This document shows, piece after piece, positions 25,669 to 32,000 of a stretch of DNA of 32,000 nt (position 1 is the first letter of the stretch; every line of letters starts with the position of its first letter). The notes under the pieces are model-generated. The model did no database searches, was not told the DNA's origin, and was given only the letters and a program-made list of their open reading frames with translations. The position numbers were made by a program, and so were the translations under genes. Origin of the DNA: Candidatus Heimdallarchaeota archaeon. GTDB lineage: Archaea; Asgardarchaeota; Heimdallarchaeia; JABLTI01. The stretch is taken from positions 1 through 32,000 of the forward strand of contig JAUWKS010000011.1 of assembly GCA_030614005.1 (NCBI GenBank). The letters are read 5' to 3'.

Positions 25669-28600
25669 TCTTCACTATTATCAATGCTATCATTGAGTGA
25701 ATCATAGTCGTTTTCATAGGATTCAACATGTTCTACTTCTTCTGTAGGAATAGTTTCAGCTAAGGTTTCAGTTGGATGCTCAGCGTTAGTTGATAATTCT
25801 TCAGAGTGTTCTCTGACTGGTTCCTCTGTAAAGGTAAAATCATTAGCATTTTGATCAGCCGATTCCTCTGTAGAGGGAGTTTCTCGACTATTTCTAAAAT
25901 CTTCACTTCTCGCACCAAAGTAACTTTCAACCATTAGGGGAGCAGCATCATAATCATTCAGATTAAGCATATCTTGTGCTAGAGTATGCTTATAGGTCAA
26001 TTCAAATTCAAGAATGAAATTTTTAAGCAAATCTTTCAAAATAGGCTTCGCTTCACTTACCAATAGGATAGCATTTCCAAAAATTCCAGAACAAACAAGA
26101 AGGCGTTTTCCTCCATATTCTATTGTTTGAACTTTCATTGTAACTTCTTCTTCACCTGTTATCTCTCCGAGAATGCCTACAATACCTGTTAAGGCACCTC
26201 CAAATAACTGCTCATCGGCGTATAAATCTTCAGCGTATTGAATATATGCAACAGTTAATCCTGTTTTGGTAACATAAGCAACAGCTTTAATAACATCACG
26301 CCAACCGCGATTTCCTCCTCTCTTACGGGCAACAACTGTTATGATTGTCGCTAATATGAGCATTAGTAGTAATCCCGCTGCACTTGGAATAACAATAGTA
26401 AAGAGATTATCCATTAACCATTGACTAGATCCACCTGGTGTAGTTGGAGGTGGTGTTGTGATAATTTGCTGTTGTTCAATAGAAACTACTAGCGAAAAAG
26501 ATTGTGACAAAGTATTGCCTGCATTATCTGTAATCAAAAATTGTATACTGTAAATTCCTGCAGAATAGTCATCAAAATTAACAGAGATGTCAAACACAAA
26601 GACAGTAGAAGTTGAATGCTCAGCATTGAATGCCATTTGATAGGAGAAAGTGTGATTTTCATTAGAAATGAGTAAATTGACTTGCTGGATTCCACTATTA
26701 TCAGTTGTTGACACAGTAAAATTATGTACATCAGTTCTATTTTCTGAAATTTCAATATTATATCCTGATGGACCTAATAGAGTGCTATCAATTATTGGAT
26801 TGAACAGATATGGATTTTCCTTATCTATAATAATATCAACTGTTGTAGTAGCACTTCGACCACCGCGGTCGTATATTGTTATCGTTAAATTGTGTTCATT
26901 TGAAGGCGCAACAAAGTCCACTTCTTCTACATTGACTATAACATCAAAAGGATCAACTCGATAACTTTCATTATAATTGATATAATAAACTATTTCTGAA
27001 TTATCAGCTAAAACAAATACTTCTTGTATCCCGGAACTAGGATTAGTAATTGATATTGTAACCGGGAAATTTGGATCATTAGTTATCACTGAAGCAGAAA
27101 TATCAAGAGTAAATTCAGGCTCAGAAGGGAAAAGATTGATGTAAATGGTAGAATTTATTGCATTACCAGCGAAATCTCGTCCTTCTAATATTATCATATA
27201 TACTCCATCTGTATAGCTTTCAACATCAATCTCTCTCACAGTAATCGTTTTATCCCAGCTGTCAATTAACGTATCGTTGACCCATAGTGTATAGCTACTA
27301 ATGTCTGAACCAATATCGCTTCCTGACCAAGTTATCACAACCGAATCATCAGAAATTGTTGCAAAATTTAAAGGAGAAATAATGGCTACTACTGGGTTCT
27401 TTAAATCAACAATAACATATTTTGTATCAAAAAATTGGTATTGTCCTCCAATAACTGCGACAACGGTAATATTCGCTATTGGATAGGTGTTTTCATCAAT
27501 TAAACCAAATACGTCTTCTAAATTGATAATAGTATCAAAAGTAGTATTTGTATATGGATAATCAGTTCCATTAATGAAAACGATGAACGAATCTGGATTG
27601 ATATTTATTGTTTCCCAAGTCACTTCTACAAATGTTGAGTTGATATAGCTAGATTCAGCTAATGGATTGGTTATAATTAATATTGGTGAAATAGGATCAT
27701 GCTCAACATTGATAGTGTCTTCTGCAAAATTATCTAGAAAATCAGTAACTCGAATAGTTATTGTATAAATTTTTGTTTCGGAAATATCGACAAAATATGA
27801 GTTAATTGTTGGATCTGTAAATGTTGCTACAGTAAAACTATCAACAATAACAACAATTTCTTTTATTCCTGAACCTATATCTGATGCATCCCAGAAAACA
27901 GTGACATTTTCTGCACTAGTTAAATAATTGTTCTCTGGAGAAGTAATAGTTACTTGAGGGTTAGATACATCATAAGCAATAATGAAATAATCACTGGCAA
28001 AGTTTCCAGCCATATCATAAGCAACTATTTTAACGTTATTTCCTCCTTCTTCAGTTAGAGTAATCGTATCATCTACTTCAGTAGAAGTATAGTTACTAAA
28101 TTGTTCACCATTTATTAAAACTTCAAAATAGTCTATACCACTTCCACTTGCAGTATCATTGCCATTCCATTCAATGAATACATCTGCTAAATCAGTAACA
28201 AACCAACCATCATCATTCACTGGATAACTTAAAGACTCTAATGAAACTGAAGGGTCAATAGTATCTCGAGTAACCTGAATTGAATCTGAACCTGTTTTGC
28301 CTAAAATATCATAGGCTAAAACTACCAAGGTATATTCTTTTTCAAAGGGAAGATCAACATCATAATATTTGGTTGTAGTATTTCCTTGCAGTTCTCCATC
28401 ACGATAGATTTCATAATAATCAATAGAGCTATGTTCATCGTATGCTGACCATTTGAGTTGGATCAAACTGCTACTTACAAAAGAATTATCTGCTGGAGAA
28501 GTAATAGCAATGACTGGACCTGTATTATCATATGTAACATAAATCATATCTTTTACTCTATCACTTCCATCTGTAGCAATTACAGTAATGTTCCAAGTAC

Positions 28601-31085
28601 CTTCTGAATCAAAACTAAAAGTATGTTGCAGTAGTGAAGTTGTTCCTTTATCTGTACCGTTAGCATATACTTCAAAAGTAAGATCATCTGATTGAGGGTC
28701 GTATGCATCCCAATAGATTGTAATAGATGATAGATCTGTCAAAAAACCATTTTCAGGACTTGTTATATCTATTGTTGGTGCACCGGCATTGTATATCACT
28801 GATCGACTGTCTGAATCAGTTTCACCTCGAATGTCTGTACAAACAATATTAACAACATTACTTCCTGATTCTAAAGGAATCACCGCGCCAGTTTGTGCTC
28901 CACCAACTCTTAAAGAAAGTTTGGCATTAATGTAAATATCATAGAAAACTATAGGCAAAGAGTCATTTGAGGTTTCCCACTCAAATAAAATGGTATTTTG
29001 ACCGGTAGTATAACCTTCAATTGGAGAAGTAATTGAAAAGGAGGGTAATTCACCCAAACCAAGAACAATTATTTGACCAAATTGGTCACCAATAAACGCC
29101 TCTTCTGCTCCATCTCCATCAATATCCAAGCCAATGATTGAACCTCTTTTACCAGGCATGGTACCTAAATCACCTTTCCATTCAGTGATAACAAATAAAT
29201 CTTCAATAGCATCATCAGGATTTAAATCAACGATTTGATATACAAAGGTAGTTCCATTATTACAACCAACAATTAATTCATTATACGAATCGCCATCAAT
29301 ATCAAAAACTCCTGCACCTCCACCCATAGATGGATATGTTTCATCATTGATATCAAGCACTAATGGAATTGTTGTATCATTAAATGTGTCATGACCGAAA
29401 ATTTTCAAGTAGTCTTTTCCGACAATAATTGTTTCATGTATTCCATCATTGTCAACATCAGCAACAATAATCGTATGACCAAAACTATCAAAGGTATTTG
29501 AATGTGAACTTATTGGTAAATCATCTTCATATCCATATGTTGGGTCTGCAGTTGGATTATCATAAATTGATGTGCCTGTAAGTTCAAAAATCTGTAAACC
29601 AGTTGATGAGACTGAATCATCAGCTGAAAACTGGGATAACAGTAGAATTTCATTTACGTTCCAGCTATCATGATCCGACTCAGCAATTTCTACTGCATGA
29701 ATTTTTGTAATTGATGAGCTATTGATATCTGGTGCAATATACCAAGCATCATTCCATTGCGTAAATGGTTTGAATTCTTTATCATATTCAAGAATAGTAA
29801 AAGTTGTATCGCTATCGCCAATGAGAATATTAGCATTACCATCATTGGTAGCATCACCTATAGCAATATACCCCATTGTATTGTAAACATTATCAAATGC
29901 TAAATCTAGTGTGTCGAAGTCTCCGGAAACATCATTCCAATCTTTTAATCTCAATATTCGAGAATCTTCTGTGCTTGCCATATATATTTCATCTTCTCCA
30001 TCACCTGTGAAGTCATAACAAGCAATGCCTTGTGTTAGAAAGAGGCTATCCTTATGGGTTGAAGTCCATGAGTTCCAAATTTGAGTTATTTCTCCATCGA
30101 CAGTATCATAAATAGCAATTAAATTAGTGTCCACTGAAACAGTTCGATTTGAGCTGACAATTAATTCTAAATCACCATCTCCGTTAATATCACCTGATGA
30201 TAGAAAGGTACCGTTATTGGTGCCAATGGCTCCATCTTTTATGTTAAAATTATCTTCAATAACATATTTGGTGTAAACACCGTTTTCACCAAGATAAATA
30301 TCTCCCCAGCAATTCGCTGTTGTCCTAAAAATAGTTGAAGAATCATCAGTATAGGGCCAAGTAATACTCCCCGTACCAGAAGAATATATATTCGTAGCAG
30401 CAAAACCAATTCCGAAAAGATCACCTGGATTTTTATTCAGGGTGTCAAGATCAATTTTGAATTCATATTGTCTGTGAGAGTTTGTTGAGTCAAAAAATGA
30501 TTTTGAATAATCCATGTCTACAGTGACATTGTAAGTTGGAATTTCCACACCAGTTGTATCTGTAGCTAACAAATCCCATTGCCCATTACTTAATCCTCTA
30601 TAAATATCAACATGTAAAGTATCATTTACCTCATTCATGACAGAAACATATCTATCACTTGTGTCTAAAATACCATTATGATTTAAGTCAAAGACTATTC
30701 CTGCTCCCCAAGCAGTAGCTGGATCTTCAACTTCATAGTCAATCATATCGAATCCAATATAGAGATATGAATCATCATTTTGTAGGAAAACTTTACCTCT
30801 AGGACTTTCCAAATTATCATACATATCATAAACAGCTGCTGAAGCCCATTCAATTGAAGCATCTGTACCATTGAATTCTATTTTGCCATCTAGGTTCGGT
30901 AGAATCGTACTATTATAGAGCGAATAGATTTCTTTTGGATATGCAAGAGGTGAATGTCCTCTAATTGGTGTATAATTGAAATTATAGATTGCGATAAATA
31001 ATGAAGCAGTTAATAGTACTATCAAGAATAATTTAATACTACCCTTCTTAAATTTACTAATATGAAAATGGGGATTTATAGGCAT
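25665..31085 (-). CDS. Giant single-pass surface receptor B, paralog of A, with an acidic disordered C-terminal tail
   Basis: Same domain order as receptor A; a PPPTTPGG linker before the TM helix (~26331-26408); ARKR stop-transfer; longin-like domain at ~25914-26297; E/S/T-rich tail. Confidence 0.85.
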   Translation of the reverse strand: MPINPHFHISKFKKGSIKLFLIVLLTASLFIAIYNFNYTPIRGHSPLAYPKEIYSLYNSTILPNLDGKIEFNGTDASIEWASAAVYDMYDNLESPRGKVFLQNDDSYLYIGFDMIDYEVEDPATAWGAGIVFDLNHNGILDTSDRYVSVMNEVNDTLHVDIYRGLSNGQWDLLATDTTGVEIPTYNVTVDMDYSKSFFDSTNSHRQYEFKIDLDTLNKNPGDLFGIGFAATNIYSSGTGSITWPYTDDSSTIFRTTANCWGDIYLGENGVYTKYVIEDNFNIKDGAIGTNNGTFLSSGDINGDGDLELIVSSNRTVSVDTNLIAIYDTVDGEITQIWNSWTSTHKDSLFLTQGIACYDFTGDGEDEIYMASTEDSRILRLKDWNDVSGDFDTLDLAFDNVYNTMGYIAIGDATNDGNANILIGDSDTTFTILEYDKEFKPFTQWNDAWYIAPDINSSSITKIHAVEIAESDHDSWNVNEILLLSQFSADDSVSSTGLQIFELTGTSIYDNPTADPTYGYEDDLPISSHSNTFDSFGHTIIVADVDNDGIHETIIVGKDYLKIFGHDTFNDTTIPLVLDINDETYPSMGGGAGVFDIDGDSYNELIVGCNNGTTFVYQIVDLNPDDAIEDLFVITEWKGDLGTMPGKRGSIIGLDIDGDGAEEAFIGDQFGQIIVLGLGELPSFSITSPIEGYTTGQNTILFEWETSNDSLPIVFYDIYINAKLSLRVGGAQTGAVIPLESGSNVVNIVCTDIRGETDSDSRSVIYNAGAPTIDITSPENGFLTDLSSITIYWDAYDPQSDDLTFEVYANGTDKGTTSLLQHTFSFDSEGTWNITVIATDGSDRVKDMIYVTYDNTGPVIAITSPADNSFVSSSLIQLKWSAYDEHSSIDYYEIYRDGELQGNTTTKYYDVDLPFEKEYTLVVLAYDILGKTGSDSIQVTRDTIDPSVSLESLSYPVNDDGWFVTDLADVFIEWNGNDTASGSGIDYFEVLINGEQFSNYTSTEVDDTITLTEEGGNNVKIVAYDMAGNFASDYFIIAYDVSNPQVTITSPENNYLTSAENVTVFWDASDIGSGIKEIVVIVDSFTVATFTDPTINSYFVDISETKIYTITIRVTDFLDNFAEDTINVEHDPISPILIITNPLAESSYINSTFVEVTWETININPDSFIVFINGTDYPYTNTTFDTIINLEDVFGLIDENTYPIANITVVAVIGGQYQFFDTKYVIVDLKNPVVAIISPLNFATISDDSVVITWSGSDIGSDISSYTLWVNDTLIDSWDKTITVREIDVESYTDGVYMIILEGRDFAGNAINSTIYINLFPSEPEFTLDISASVITNDPNFPVTISITNPSSGIQEVFVLADNSEIVYYINYNESYRVDPFDVIVNVEEVDFVAPSNEHNLTITIYDRGGRSATTTVDIIIDKENPYLFNPIIDSTLLGPSGYNIEISENRTDVHNFTVSTTDNSGIQQVNLLISNENHTFSYQMAFNAEHSTSTVFVFDISVNFDDYSAGIYSIQFLITDNAGNTLSQSFSLVVSIEQQQIITTPPPTTPGGSSQWLMDNLFTIVIPSAAGLLLMLILATIITVVARKRGGNRGWRDVIKAVAYVTKTGLTVAYIQYAEDLYADEQLFGGALTGIVGILGEITGEEEVTMKVQTIEYGGKRLLVCSGIFGNAILLVSEAKPILKDLLKNFILEFELTYKHTLAQDMLNLNDYDAAPLMVESYFGARSEDFRNSRETPSTEESADQNANDFTFTEEPVREHSEELSTNAEHPTETLAETIPTEEVEHVESYENDYDSLNDSIDNSEE

Positions 31086-31101
31086 TGGGGGGTTGTCCTT
31101 T

Positions 31102-31133
31102 AAGTTTAAACTTTAATAAAATACTTTAAAGTA
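31102..31133 (-). promoter_or_regulatory. Two TTTAAA-centred 12-bp palindromes upstream of receptor B (TATA box and/or operator)
   Basis: AAGTTTAAACTT (31102-31113) and TACTTTAAAGTA (31122-31133) are both perfect palindromes; centres are 20 bp apart; they lie 17-48 nt upstream of the ATG. Confidence 0.45.
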
Positions 31134-31234
31134 ATTATATCGACAATATCTAACTCTATAAAACAATTAAAAAGACTTTAGATTTAGGAATATTAGATAA
31201 AAAAAGAGATGAAAGGGAAAATCCCTTCAAAAAA

Positions 31235-32000
31235 TTACTTTTTCCTGAGAGCCATTCTCACTTCTTCCATTTTCTCTCGAGGTTGATTTATCATTATTGC
31301 CATTTCTGTTGTGGTTTTTGCGTTTGGTTCAACGTAAGTATAGTTGATTATCCAATTTAATAGCATCATCACAAGATCAACAGAGATAGCCGATCCTGGG
31401 TATCCATCTGGAATAATTATTGCTAGTGATTGTTTTCCTTTTGTTACTCGACAATAAGGTTCATCAAAAGAGCTGTTTGCAACAAATTGATTTTTAACTG
31501 GATTACGTGTCCACAAACCACTGCCACTAGTAGCTTCAATTACATTATTTTCTCTGGAACCATCTAAGCCTATGTCAACCATTAACCCTGAACCACAAGG
31601 CATTTTTCTTGCTGTTTTGTTGTCCAGAGTGATTATCGCTCTAATGATGGAACTTCCTGGTAGGGTTAAATAAGTCATTTCAACATTTAATCCTTTAAGG
31701 TATTCTTTGTCATTGGTGATAATCCAAGATGATTTAATTCCCTTCCATAATCCTTCATCAACTATTTCAGTTGTTGTATCTTCTGGTTTGTAAAATGGAT
31801 TGTTTGCTCCGAAATGGATAACTGCAGGTTGCATACCACCAATATTATGAGTGAAGAAGAATCTAGGTTGCAATTCAGGGAAATTATCAATGAGGAATGT
31901 TTTCCCTTTTGAATCCTTTAGTTTGAGTAAATTTCCACCGATATCTTTAGGAACAACAAATGAAAGCGAACCGTTTGAGATTTCGTAGATCTTTCTTTCT
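31235..32000 (-). CDS. C-terminal part of a large hypothetical protein (beta-sandwich, possibly galactose-mutarotase-like); 5' end outside the window
   Basis: The frame stays open past the track's TTG at 31873 to the window edge (ERKIYEISNGSLSFVVPKDIGGNLLKLKDSKGKTFLIDNFPELQPRFF...). The I.NG.L...V.P..GG.L..L pattern resembles the first strands of mutarotase-like folds. Confidence 0.65.
   Translation of the reverse strand, partial: ERKIYEISNGSLSFVVPKDIGGNLLKLKDSKGKTFLIDNFPELQPRFFFTHNIGGMQPAVIHFGANNPFYKPEDTTTEIVDEGLWKGIKSSWIITNDKEYLKGLNVEMTYLTLPGSSIIRAIITLDNKTARKMPCGSGLMVDIGLDGSRENNVIEATSGSGLWTRNPVKNQFVANSSFDEPYCRVTKGKQSLAIIIPDGYPGSAISVDLVMMLLNWIINYTYVEPNAKTTTEMAIMINQPREKMEEVRMALRKK

Noticed and set aside
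898-30424. Other short track ORFs (898, 4099, 5413, 6044, 6935, 9310, 11287, 12772, 14820, 15562, 16998, 19096, 20685, 22217, 26534, 26668, 27301, 30239)
   Set aside because: All lie within or largely overlap longer, motif-supported genes, antisense or out of frame, and have no recognisable motifs of their own.
20086-31085. The convergent paralogs as an invertible or recombination-driven variation cassette
   Set aside because: No recombinase is nearby, no long identical DNA repeats were seen, synonymous sites differ even in the most conserved segment, and both genes have their own start and signal peptide.
20086-31085. Calling the receptors true integrin orthologs
   Set aside because: FG-GAP/VCBS propellers and Ig-like repeats are widespread in prokaryotes, there is no GFFKR-type tail, and no integrin-beta/vWA partner is in the window. 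Only architectural similarity is supported.

Overview
AT-rich (roughly 30% GC by eye, not computed), gene-dense archaeal window. It most likely comes from an Asgard (Heimdallarchaeia-like) genome; this is inferred from GGTGA ribosome-binding sites, a PGF-CTERM tail, an archaeosortase and membrane proteins carrying cytoplasmic longin-like domains. The window is dominated by cell-surface functions. Left to right: (1) a broken PGF-CTERM surface-protein gene; (2) a GalT-family nucleotidyltransferase; (3) a winged-helix regulator followed by an operon with a tandem active/dead archaeosortase and a split DUF1616; (4) small membrane and beta-propeller proteins, a HEAT-repeat protein and an S9 peptidase; (5) a sulfation cluster of sat, cysC and two tandem Stf3-like sulfotransferases, followed by an alpha-solenoid protein and a DAGK-family lipid kinase; (6) a tail-to-tail pair of paralogous ~1800-aa single-pass receptors, each with a DOMON/CBM9-like domain, a 7-repeat FG-GAP propeller, 9 Ig-like domains, a TM helix and a cytoplasmic longin-like domain; (7) the 3' end of a large gene cut by the window edge. 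I saw no rRNA, tRNA, CRISPR array or mobile element. All family assignments come from motif recognition, not database searches.
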